Source of the DNA: Verrucomicrobiota bacterium
GTDB lineage: Bacteria; Verrucomicrobiota; Verrucomicrobiia; Chthoniobacterales; UBA10450
NCBI GenBank assembly: GCA_003219695.1
Contig: QHQA01000021.1
Coordinates: 18,263 to 82,262 of the forward strand
Length of the DNA: 64,000 nucleotides
Direction of reading: 5' to 3'
Positions 55,519-64,000 of this stretch are shown here, one piece after another. Made by a program: the position numbers and the translations under genes. The notes under the pieces were generated by a model. The model saw nothing but the letters and a program-made list of their open reading frames with translations. It was not told where the DNA came from and searched no databases. How positions within the stretch are numbered: position 1 is the stretch's first letter; every line of letters starts with the position of its first letter.

Positions 55519-57792
55519 GTGAATAGTGCGTGGCTTTCAAGAGGAAATTGGCTGGTTCGCGGAGTAATTGCTTCGGCTCTTATTTACTCAGCATCGCCAG
55601 CAGGAGCGCGTAGCGACCAGAACTCCTTCCCAGTCTCTGCTATTGTCCTGGCGGATCATCCGGTAAATCAGTGCGCGCCAATCCAGGCATTGGGCGCGGG
55701 CGTTGACGGTCATGAGAAAGGCGAATGCGCTCGGATGTTCACGGACAAGAATATCGCAGAGATGCGATCAGCCGGGCTCGCGCCGTTGACGTATCGCCTG
55801 CGTACCGAGCTTGCCGGCGACGCATGGCATTGGAATCCGCGCGGCACGTGGAGCGATCCGGTTCACCAATGTGGATATTGGACCTCGGACGATTCCCTTG
55901 GCGACCCGATCACTGTCTCCTATGGCTATCGTTTGCCGCGGCGCGGAAACACGATTGATCAAGCAAACGACGATGGTTATTCGCGGATCGCCGACGGCGA
56001 CAAAGAATCGTTCTGGAAAAGTAATCCGTATCTCGATGCGCATTTCACCGGTGAGTCTGAAGATGCGCATCCACAGTGGGTGGTGATCGATCTCGGCTCC
56101 CAAAAGTCAGTGAACGCCATCCGGATTCACTGGGGCGCGCCGTATGCCAAGCAATACAAGGTTGAGTACTGGCCGGGCGACGATCCAATGCACCTGCACG
56201 CCGATGACGATGACGATTGGCAGCCGTTCGCGCACCGCAGTGTGGAGAATGCGCGCGGCGGCGATGAACTCATTCGACTCGCCGAGCACCCGCGTTCAAC
56301 TCGATTTGTGCGCGTCGTCATGAGCCGCAGTTCGCGAACCACCGCGCAACCTTCGAACGATATTCGCGACCAGCTCGAGTTTGCCATTCGCGAGATCGAG
56401 CTCGGGAATATCGATAAACACAATCGCTTTCATGATCACATGCGTCACGCGCCCGATCGGCATCGGCAATCAGTCATTTACGTGTCGTCCACCGATCCCT
56501 GGCATCGCGCAGAAGACATCGACTTCAGCATCGAGCAGCCAGGACTCGATTTCATTCTGCCCAGCAAACTCACGAACAACTTGCCTGTGCTCTTTCCCGT
56601 GGGTGTTTTGTACGACACGCCTGAGAACGCTGCGGCTGAAATCAATTATCTGTTGCGCCGGAATTATAGTTTGGAAGGAATCGAACTGGGCGAAGAACCA
56701 GATGGACAATGGGCATCACCGGAAGATTACGCCGCCCTCTACACTGAGATTGCGCGCAAGGCGGCTGCGCGGAACCCACGCCTGAAACTTGGAGGACCGA
56801 GCCTGCAAAATTTCGAGGATCGACTCCTCACGTGGGCAGACAAGTCCGGGAATCGTTCTTGGATGAACCGGTTGCTAAAATATGTTCGAAGCGCCGGCGT
56901 GCCCTTCGATTTCTTTTCGTTCGAGTTTTATCCATTCGACAATGTCTGCGCAGATGCGGCGCCGCAGTTGCGGGAAACCCCAAAACGTTTAACCGAAATG
57001 CTGTCGAGCTTGCGCGCGGACGGCGTGCCACACGACATCCCGTGGCTAATGACCGAGTACGGCTATTCGGTTTTTGCCGGGCGCCACGAAGTCGATATCG
57101 AAGGCGCGCTCTTCAGCGCGGACACAGTCGGAACGTTCCTGACGCTCGGCGGTTCTAAAGCGTACCAATACGGCTACGAGCCAAACTATCTCCAGGACGA
57201 GCTGAAATGTTCCTGGGGCAATCTCATGATGCTCCAGTTGACTCCGCACAACGATCAAGTGAATCGCCTCTCTGCCTATTATGCCGCACAGCTCGTGACG
57301 AAAGAATGGATGCAGCCGCTCAACGAGCCGCACGAAATATTTCCTGTAACCGTTAAGCAGACGAAGCCGACTTCATCGCCCGCTGTGAGCGTCTATGCCG
57401 TGCACCGACCCGACAAACAGTGGGCGTTGCTTGCAATCAACAAAAACCCAAACCGCACCGCGCGACTGAACGTGCAATTCAATGTTCCGGGCGCGCACCA
57501 GCCAATCGATTTTGTGGGCGAGGTCGAGGTTATTCAATTTTCCCGACAGCAATATACCTGGCACGCCGACGGCCCGAACGGCCATCCGATGCGAAGCCTG
57601 CCTCTCGCGCGCTTCACGCGAGAAGGGTCATCATCCTACGAACTGCCGCCGTATTCACTCACTGTCTTGCGAGGTAAACTTCCACAACAGGGAGCCACCG
57701 CCGGTGTTTTCAAGGAACGACGGCTTCCGAGCCGTCGAGTTCCATCGAGTTTATGCACCGTGCAGGAATCGAACCTGCAACCCAGTGATTAA
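55519..57792 (+). CDS. Secreted protein with a discoidin (F5/8 type C) domain and a glycoside-hydrolase-like C-terminal region
   Basis: FWKSNPYL...[34 protein letters not shown] is discoidin-like; [14 protein letters not shown] and WLMTEYGYS are TIM-barrel GH-like. The last 13 codons are antisense to tRNA-Lys. Confidence 0.55.
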   Translation: MNSAWLSRGNWLVRGVIASALIYSASPAGARSDQNSFPVSAIVLADHPVNQCAPIQALGAGVDGHEKGECARMFTDKNIAEMRSAGLAPLTYRLRTELAGDAWHWNPRGTWSDPVHQCGYWTSDDSLGDPITVSYGYRLPRRGNTIDQANDDGYSRIADGDKESFWKSNPYLDAHFTGESEDAHPQWVVIDLGSQKSVNAIRIHWGAPYAKQYKVEYWPGDDPMHLHADDDDDWQPFAHRSVENARGGDELIRLAEHPRSTRFVRVVMSRSSRTTAQPSNDIRDQLEFAIREIELGNIDKHNRFHDHMRHAPDRHRQSVIYVSSTDPWHRAEDIDFSIEQPGLDFILPSKLTNNLPVLFPVGVLYDTPENAAAEINYLLRRNYSLEGIELGEEPDGQWASPEDYAALYTEIARKAAARNPRLKLGGPSLQNFEDRLLTWADKSGNRSWMNRLLKYVRSAGVPFDFFSFEFYPFDNVCADAAPQLRETPKRLTEMLSSLRADGVPHDIPWLMTEYGYSVFAGRHEVDIEGALFSADTVGTFLTLGGSKAYQYGYEPNYLQDELKCSWGNLMMLQLTPHNDQVNRLSAYYAAQLVTKEWMQPLNEPHEIFPVTVKQTKPTSSPAVSVYAVHRPDKQWALLAINKNPNRTARLNVQFNVPGAHQPIDFVGEVEVIQFSRQQYTWHADGPNGHPMRSLPLARFTREGSSSYELPPYSLTVLRGKLPQQGATAGVFKERRLPSRRVPSSLCTVQESNLQPSD

Positions 57793-57826
57793 GAGTCACT
57801 TGCTCTGCCAATTGAGCTAACGGTGC
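57754..57826 (-). tRNA. tRNA-Lys (anticodon CTT)
   Basis: 73 nt folded by hand: acceptor GCACCGT/ACGGTGC, D-arm GCTC-AATTGGCA-GAGC, anticodon stem AGTGA/TCACT, loop CTCTTAA, T-arm GCAGG-TTCGATT-CCTGC. Confidence 0.9.
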
Positions 57827-57970
57827 CGGATTTAAATTCGAATCTCGAATTTCGAATTTCGAAAATCAAGCCTGTGTGCAGCGGTGCAAGGCTAACGTAG
57901 GATTTACAATCAAATGTTGATGCTGTTGATCCTGGCTCAGGCAGCGTCCTTAGCTCAATTCCATAGCCTG

Positions 57971-58924
57971 CTATACGCCAAGCATCTTTGTCACTTTTGA
58001 AACAATGCCCACGATTTTGCTGGTCTCCGATGTAATGGATTTTGTCAGGGCTGCATATTCGCTCTGATATTGCCTCAATGTGGCCTTTTGCTCCCTCGAT
58101 AGTTTGCTCACCAAGGAAGAAGCTACCCTCAAAGGACCTACCGGCGGACCCACGGGACCGCCGCCGCCTACCGGACCATGAACGATGTGAATGCCGTCGT
58201 CCTCGATTATGATTCGGAATCCTCCGCCGGCAACATATTGCTTCAGCTTCCCGAGATTAATCGGAGGCCCTGGAGGAGGAGATTGATAAAATGCAAACCA
58301 GATTTCTCCAGTTTCATTTTGCGCCATGTCAAAATCCCTTGAACTAAGAATCGATTCGGACGGTATAATCTTCTTCCATTCCAGGAATGGCACGCCTCCA
58401 TCCACCGTGGCACTCGCTCTTATGTGCTCAGCGCTTAGTGACGACACTTCGCCATCCGAGTTAGCGAAATCCGTTTTGTCATTATCAATATTGTCCGGCG
58501 GAGTAGGCGGCGTAAGGATAGTGATGAAGTGCAGATCATCAGAAAAGTCCCCGGCATTAACATTAAAAGCATCAACCCAGATTCCCGGACCTCCACCGGA
58601 TCCAATTCCGCCCACCGGACCATAGACAACTAAAACTTCTACATCGGACGCGCCTACGGGAAATGATTGATTGCCGGGGGAGGTATAAAGATGGTTACCA
58701 TCATTCGCACCATGTATTGACATAAAAGCAAATGGCAGATTATTGCCTCCAAAAGGCAATGTGGGCCATCCATCGGCAATGCCTGAACCAGGATTGTCGT
58801 TGGTGGTCCCGGGGTAGTTCTCATCCGTTTCGCTGGTGATATTGTTTGAGGCATTAAAATGATGATGCCTCACACCGGTGCCGTTGTGGTTATAGACGAT
58901 GTACTTTGTGATGACGTGTGCCAT
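57971..58924 (-). CDS. Orphan 317-aa protein with two GPVGG Gly/Pro-rich segments, on an AT-rich insertion
   Basis: The only long ORF in the roughly 1.26 kb low-GC segment. No signal peptide and no recognisable domain. Confidence 0.5.
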   Translation of the reverse strand: MAHVITKYIVYNHNGTGVRHHHFNASNNITSETDENYPGTTNDNPGSGIADGWPTLPFGGNNLPFAFMSIHGANDGNHLYTSPGNQSFPVGASDVEVLVVYGPVGGIGSGGGPGIWVDAFNVNAGDFSDDLHFITILTPPTPPDNIDNDKTDFANSDGEVSSLSAEHIRASATVDGGVPFLEWKKIIPSESILSSRDFDMAQNETGEIWFAFYQSPPPGPPINLGKLKQYVAGGGFRIIIEDDGIHIVHGPVGGGGPVGPPVGPLRVASSLVSKLSREQKATLRQYQSEYAALTKSITSETSKIVGIVSKVTKMLGV

Positions 58925-59156
58925 AAGTTGTTAAGATTTTTCCATTGCCTTATTGCCTTGTCCAAATGCAAGGTTGAAGAGTCAGCTAAGCCCGCTAATG
59001 AACTCGAGTGAGAGAAATCAAATTGGCGCCACAATGTCAAGTGTTTTTCAAAATTTAATCCAGCGTAGGGAAATAAAGAGAGTCAAACTCTTGGCACTGC
59101 GCTCTAATTCCATTCTGTCTTACAGAATTGCCGGCTCGAATTTGGAATTTCGCAAA

Positions 59157-59330
59157 TCAAGCTTGCGTGTGACGGACGTAATGTGTCTCGACACCTTTCG
59201 GGAGCAGGCGTTTGCGGCCGCGTTGCCGCCGGCGCGCGAGGATCGCGCGGCCGCCTTTGGTCCGCATTCGGGCACGGAAACCGTGCTGCCGTTTGCGCGT
59301 TCGTTTGGATGGCTGATACGTGCGTTTCAT
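59157..59330 (-). CDS. rpmH: 50S ribosomal protein L34
   Basis: My own translation of the minus strand gives [42 protein letters not shown]..., 57 aa. Below the ORF-track length cutoff. Confidence 0.85.
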   Translation of the reverse strand: MKRTYQPSKRTRKRQHGFRARMRTKGGRAILARRRQRGRKRLLPKGVETHYVRHTQA

Positions 59331-59600
59331 AAAACCGAGAAATCCCGGTGCGATTTAGGAGCGGTTACAGTAGGGACGAGCGTGGTGTTGTCAACGAGAT
59401 GAAACGACAGAATTTAACCAACAACCGACGCGAATGCATACTAACAAGAGAAAAACAGTTCGCCGATTTTGGAGCGTCGCCAGGTCAATTAGGAGTGGCG
59501 TCACAACAGATCTGATAATTGGTGTTCGTTGGCATCTAATCGTCGTTACCGGTGGCCTTGATTTACAAGATTGCCAGGACGGCGAATTTTTGAAATAAGC

Positions 59601-60095
59601 ATGACGGCAATGAGCGAAAAAGAGAATGTCGTGATCGAGCCGGCGACCGATGCCGACCTGGACGAACTGTCGGTAATGCTGGGCGAATTGTTTGCTCAGG
59701 AGAGCGACTTCCGTCCGGATAAGGACAAACAGCTTCGCGGTTTGCGACTCATTTTCGAACAGCCCAGCCGAGGGCGCGTCTTTGTGCTGCGCTGCAATGG
59801 GACGATTGTGGGCATGATCAATCTGCTCTTTACCATCAGCACGGCCGAAGGCGGTTTCGTGATTCTTTTGGAGGACCTCGTCGTCCACAAGAAATATCAG
59901 GGTAAGGGCTATGGCACAAAACTTCTCGAATACGCCATCGATTTCGCGAAGAAGAAAAATTTTCTCCGCATCACGTTGCTGACCGATCGGCCGGAAAATG
60001 TGGCGCAGGCGTTTTTCCGCAAACACGGGTTTGTTGAGTCGTCGATGATTCCGATGCGGCTATGGATCGCGCCGCAACACGACAGTAAACAGTGA
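59601..60095 (+). CDS. GNAT family N-acetyltransferase
   Basis: LVVHKKYQGKGYGTKLLEYAIDFAKKKNFLRITLLTD is the acetyl-CoA binding motif A. ATG 59601 inside ORF 59571..60095. Confidence 0.8.
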   Translation: MTAMSEKENVVIEPATDADLDELSVMLGELFAQESDFRPDKDKQLRGLRLIFEQPSRGRVFVLRCNGTIVGMINLLFTISTAEGGFVILLEDLVVHKKYQGKGYGTKLLEYAIDFAKKKNFLRITLLTDRPENVAQAFFRKHGFVESSMIPMRLWIAPQHDSKQ

Positions 60096-60118
60096 TAAGT
60101 GGTCGGTGATCAGTGCTC

Positions 60119-60236
60119 GTAGCGCAGGCTTCCAACCTGCTGTATCGCCGATTTCCAAATCGGCAGGGCGAAGCGAGGCGGCACGGCTGGCGGGTTTAGA
60201 AACCCGCGACTCAGCAGACTTGGAAGTCTGCGCTAC
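60119..60236. repeat. Family A composite palindromic element GTAGCGCAG...CTGCGCTAC
   Basis: gtagcgcaggcttccaacctgc, gccgatttccaaatcggc, cgggtttagaaacccg, gcagacttggaagtctgcgctac. Confidence 0.8.
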
Positions 60237-60268
60237 AGCGGCTGTCGTTTCTCGCGCGACCAGCGTGA

Positions 60269-62929
60269 TCAGCGGCTTGTCTTCTCGATCCAGGCATTCA
60301 GTTGAGCGGCAAGGCGCTTTTTGAATTCCGCGCGAAACTGAATTTCATCGACGGCCTTAGCCACCTCGGGTGCACTCGCCGCAGGCAGGTTTGTTTTCGC
60401 GTAGCTTTTTAATTCACCGGCGCGCGAGTCATCGGAGAAAAAGGTAAACATGCTGGGCGCATACCGGTTCGCACCCGCAGCGTCGGTTTTGGCGAGCAGC
60501 GCTTTCATGTTCGTACGGGCAAAATCCCACGCGATATCTGGATGACCGCTGTCGCGTGCGACCATCGGAACCAGAAATACCGCGCGACTGGTTGGCAGCT
60601 CGTCAGTGAGCGCGATAACAAGCGTCTTCTTCGCCAGCTTCGGTTCGATCGCTTCGGCCAGTGCGTTGTAGTAATTTTGTTTTTCCTCGATGCTCGTCGT
60701 TTTCGAGCCAAGCTCGTGCAGCTTGTTCCAAGTCTTTTCGTCGGCATAACGGCCGACGATTGCAAGAACGGGCGGGCGCAAATCAGGCGCGAGCGACGCT
60801 GGATTGGCGAGATATTCTTCGAAGCGTTCGCGACAGCCCGCTACGATCTCCGAATCATTTAGATCTCCCAGCGCATTGATCAAGCTCGCGCGCAGATTCC
60901 CGGCCGTGGGCGGCTCGCTCTCTTTCGGCTCCCAGCCGAGCATTTCAAACGTGGGACGCAAAAGCGATCGGGCGTAGCGCTCAAATTTTTCGCGCTCCGG
61001 ATTGCCGGCAAATAGGTGGTTGATGAAATCCAGAACATTGATGATCTGTTCGCATTCGGCGAGGTCCGTGGAAGCGGGCAATTTCTCGACCAATCCAAAA
61101 TAGAGCGAGACTGGCGCGCGATCGGCTTGAACCAGAGCCCACGCGTCGCTGAGAAGATTGACGCGATCTTCAACGCCCAGCTTCGGCAGAGCTTCGAGTA
61201 ACAGATTCCACGAGGGCGCATCGTATTCGACGCGGTAATTTCCAGCGCCCTTTACATTCAATTTGAGCGCGCGATCTGCGGGAATGTTCTCCAGGTTCGC
61301 TGTCTTGCTGGTCATCAGCAAAGTCGCAGGTGGTTCTCCCACGACCGAATATGTCAGCGGGATTTTCCACTCCAGCAGCGGCGCGTTTTTGAAATTCACC
61401 GTGAAACGCTCCTGTGTGAGCTGGATCTTTTTGTCTCCTTCTCGCTTAACTTTGACCACTGGAAATCCGGGCTGCTCGGTCCAACCGGCGGCGATCTCGC
61501 CGATCGGTTTCTTAGAAGCCTCCGAAAGCGTCTTCCACAAATCCGCGGTGGTTGTGTTTGAATATTTATGAGCGGCGATGTACCGGCGGATGCCATCGCG
61601 AAAAACGTCTTCGCCGAGAAAACTCTCCAGCATTCGCAAAAAGGATTGGCCCTTTTTGTAAGTGATATCATCGAAAGCGCTGTTGGCTTCCGCCTCGGTT
61701 ACGATGGGCTGCTGAATCGGGTGCGTTGTCGATCTTGCGTCGCTTTCCATCGCTTGTTCCTTGGCGATGCCGGCACGCCGGGTGGGATCGCGCGGCAAAT
61801 TCCGCTCGAGCCAGACCTCCCATTGCGGGTTAAAATGGGCGGTACACTTGGTGCCCATCCATGAGGCGAACCCTTCGTTGAGCCAGAGATTATCCCACCA
61901 CGCCATGGTCACCAGATCACCAAACCACTGATGTGCCATCTCGTGCGCAAGCACTTCATAGATAATTTGCTTGGTCTCCGCGGAGGAATTCCTTGGATCG
62001 AATAAAAGCGCAGACTCGTAATATGTGATCCCGCCCCAGTTTTCCATCGCGCCGCCGAACCCGCCGGGCAAAGCGATTTGATCCAGCTTCGGCAACGGAT
62101 ACGGCGCGCCGAAGTAATCGTTGTAGTATTGCAGAATTTGCGCCGTAGCTTCGAGCGCGTAGCGGCCCAGTTCCGCCTTGCCCTTGGTTGCTATCACGCG
62201 AATCTGCGTCGGGCCGACTCGCGATTCGATGTGATCGAGTTCCCCTGCAACGAATACATTGAGGTAACTGGACATCAGTGGAGTCGCCGCGAAACGCACT
62301 TCTTTGCCGCTGGCGATTTTTTTCTCGCTCTCGACCGGCATGTTCGATACTGCGATCCAGTTCTCCGGAATGACGGTCGTCAGTTGAAAACGCGCCCGGA
62401 AAGCCGGCTCATCCCAGCAAGGGAAAAACCGGCGGGCATCGGTCGCTTCAAACTGCGTTCCGAGCATGACCTTCCGCGCACCGCTCCCCTGCTCCTGATA
62501 ACGCATGTAGAAAAGCCCCTGCCCCTGCTGATTAATTTTCCCAGTGAAACTGAGCGCGAGCGTGTGATCTCCGGGTGCAAGTTCCGACCGCAACGCGAGG
62601 TTAAGCAGTTCTTTTTCTTCGTCGGCTTCGATGGCCGATTTGGGCAACTCTTTCCCATCGACAGACGCTGTTTCAATCTTGAGTTCGAGCGCGTTCAACA
62701 CCAGTTGATGAACGGGACTGCGAACATTCAGCTTAACGGTTTCCGTTCCGGTGAAGGCGAGCTTGTCGATATTCGGAAGAATTCGGATGAAATAATCGGT
62801 CGGAACGACCTCTTTCGGCAGTTTCCCCGGCGTATCTTTAAAACTGAATGGTTTTTCTGAAGCTGTAGCCGCCGACACGACCAAAGATAGGGCTAGGAAT
62901 GAAACAACCAACACGCGCATTTCTCGCAC
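60269..62929 (-). CDS. pepN: Aminopeptidase N (M1 family), secreted
   Basis: GAMENWG, HEMAHQWFGDLVTMAWWDNLWLNEGFA, signal peptide VVSFLALSLVVSAATA. Confidence 0.9.
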   Translation of the reverse strand: MREMRVLVVSFLALSLVVSAATASEKPFSFKDTPGKLPKEVVPTDYFIRILPNIDKLAFTGTETVKLNVRSPVHQLVLNALELKIETASVDGKELPKSAIEADEEKELLNLALRSELAPGDHTLALSFTGKINQQGQGLFYMRYQEQGSGARKVMLGTQFEATDARRFFPCWDEPAFRARFQLTTVIPENWIAVSNMPVESEKKIASGKEVRFAATPLMSSYLNVFVAGELDHIESRVGPTQIRVIATKGKAELGRYALEATAQILQYYNDYFGAPYPLPKLDQIALPGGFGGAMENWGGITYYESALLFDPRNSSAETKQIIYEVLAHEMAHQWFGDLVTMAWWDNLWLNEGFASWMGTKCTAHFNPQWEVWLERNLPRDPTRRAGIAKEQAMESDARSTTHPIQQPIVTEAEANSAFDDITYKKGQSFLRMLESFLGEDVFRDGIRRYIAAHKYSNTTTADLWKTLSEASKKPIGEIAAGWTEQPGFPVVKVKREGDKKIQLTQERFTVNFKNAPLLEWKIPLTYSVVGEPPATLLMTSKTANLENIPADRALKLNVKGAGNYRVEYDAPSWNLLLEALPKLGVEDRVNLLSDAWALVQADRAPVSLYFGLVEKLPASTDLAECEQIINVLDFINHLFAGNPEREKFERYARSLLRPTFEMLGWEPKESEPPTAGNLRASLINALGDLNDSEIVAGCRERFEEYLANPASLAPDLRPPVLAIVGRYADEKTWNKLHELGSKTTSIEEKQNYYNALAEAIEPKLAKKTLVIALTDELPTSRAVFLVPMVARDSGHPDIAWDFARTNMKALLAKTDAAGANRYAPSMFTFFSDDSRAGELKSYAKTNLPAASAPEVAKAVDEIQFRAEFKKRLAAQLNAWIEKTSR

Positions 62930-62965
62930 TAAACAACGGGCATGATCTTTTGCATTCGAAGACGT

Positions 62966-63009
62966 GGTAGGGACGGCTCGCCGAGCCGTCCGCCCCGGCG
63001 CGACCTACC
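62966..63009. repeat. Family K palindromic repeat
   Basis: ggtagggacggctcgccgagccgtccgccccggcgcgacctacc. Confidence 0.75.
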
Positions 63010-63011
63010 AC

Positions 63012-63464
63012 TCATTGCACCATAAGCACCAGCAGCAATTGTCCGCTACCAACTTGCGGACCCTTGATGACCAACGGGCTCCTCTTGCTCAATTTGGCAT
63101 CAGTTTCAAGCAAGACCTCTTTCTCCTTGTAAAGTTTCAGGTTCAAAACGTAACCGCCCTCGCTCTCGCCGCGCGCATCCACATGCAGCCCGAAAAACTT
63201 GCTGGTGGTAAGCCAGTCTTCCTGGCCGGTCTTGAGTGTCTTTTGCGACTGGCCGATTACTTGAAATTGGTTGTACCCGAAAAATTCTCTCAGCATCCCC
63301 TCGATCCGAGTCAATTCCGGTGGAACCGCTTTTGGCTGGGCGACGTTCTCCGCGATGACAAGTCCGCTCCAAACCGTCTCCGCTCCGCGCAGATCCGGCG
63401 TTGCGCCGATCGCCAGAGCGACAAAAGAGATTAAGAACGCCGGTGCGCGACCCATCACGTTCAT
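63012..63464 (-). CDS. Secreted hypothetical protein
   Basis: Signal peptide APAFLISFVALAIGA. 4-nt overlap with the upstream anti-sigma-like gene. Confidence 0.45.
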   Translation of the reverse strand: MNVMGRAPAFLISFVALAIGATPDLRGAETVWSGLVIAENVAQPKAVPPELTRIEGMLREFFGYNQFQVIGQSQKTLKTGQEDWLTTSKFFGLHVDARGESEGGYVLNLKLYKEKEVLLETDAKLSKRSPLVIKGPQVGSGQLLLVLMVQ

Positions 63465-63988
63465 TTGGCTGCGTAGTCGGCCGGCAAACTTTGTAATCCC
63501 TCAGTCCAAAGCACCGTTATGCGATCTTTTTTTACCTCGAAGATCGAGACGGTCGCATTTGGGCTGGTGACCGGATCGACGCGGGCGTTTAGAATTTGGG
63601 TAAGGTACGGCGACTCATCTGCCGGATTTTTCTCGCGCACGACGAGAACCGTAAAAACCAAAAAGACAGCAAGCGACGCAACGCCTGTCCACAACAAACG
63701 AGGAATTGTCCACCATGTCGACCCTGGCTCGCGCGCCTGCCGCGCCGGACGTCGCCGTGGCGACCGAAGACGGGCGATCCTTTCCAGAAGTTGATGGCTG
63801 AAAAACTCTTCGTTCGTTAGTGTCCGGGCGCTTAGCTCCCGCTTTAAAAGCTCGCCAAGTTTTCGCGCGTCCGCTTTTTCAGCTTCAGCGGCAGCTTTGT
63901 CAGGCAGCGAGGCCTCGAATTCCGACAGTTCTCGCCCGCTGAGCTGCCCGTCCAGCCATGCTGTCCATTTCTCCTCAAATGTTTTCAT
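63461..63988 (-). CDS. Putative anti-sigma factor (single TM)
   Basis: N-terminal MKTFEEKWTAWLDGQLSGRELSEFEASL and TM helix LLWTGVASLAVFLVFTVLVV. The partner sigma factor would lie beyond the window. Confidence 0.45.
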   Translation of the reverse strand: MKTFEEKWTAWLDGQLSGRELSEFEASLPDKAAAEAEKADARKLGELLKRELSARTLTNEEFFSHQLLERIARLRSPRRRPARQAREPGSTWWTIPRLLWTGVASLAVFLVFTVLVVREKNPADESPYLTQILNARVDPVTSPNATVSIFEVKKDRITVLWTEGLQSLPADYAAK

Positions 63989-64000
63989 AAACGTCCCTCA

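Noticed and set aside
58953-59402. 149-aa plus-strand ORF
   Set aside because: It is the antisense shadow of rpmH (59157..59330, minus strand), which has an unmistakable L34 sequence.

Overview
This window is mostly chromosomal core. By inference from gene content and repeat families it comes from a moderately GC-rich, REP-laden soil bacterium, possibly Verrucomicrobiota-like; the taxon is not verified. The centre (17.9-31.5 kb) is a NADH:quinone oxidoreductase operon in the order nuoD, a small BamE-like lipoprotein gene, a fused nuoE-nuoF, then nuoG-H-I-J-K-L-M-N. No nuoABC lies upstream. Flanking housekeeping genes include a two-component pair, cysE, a cysteine desulfurase, prfB with its programmed +1 frameshift, ftsB, acyP, an ABC-2 exporter, ispD, fabD, rfbB, floA, amt, pepN and rpmH (missed by the ORF track). 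There are also two GT-C-type envelope glycosylation clusters, two ECF sigma/anti-sigma modules and three tRNAs: Leu-GAG, Leu-CAA and Lys-CTT. I found no recognisable defence, CRISPR, toxin or secretion system, and no integrase or transposase. Four things stand out. (1) At least ten families of short palindromic or MITE-like repeats fill most intergenic spacers, including seven of the ten nuo spacers, and several copies sit inside reading frames. (2) A roughly 1.26 kb AT-rich insertion between rpmH and tRNA-Lys is flanked by 35-nt direct repeats and carries one orphan Gly/Pro-rich ORF. (3) An accessory stretch at 41.4-48.6 kb holds secreted repeat proteins, two frameshifted genes, a duplicated small gene and a duplicated tRNA-Leu 3' end. 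(4) A perfect 240-bp tandem duplication lies inside a proline-rich membrane protein gene. All functional calls come from motifs read by eye in the supplied translations. No searches were run.
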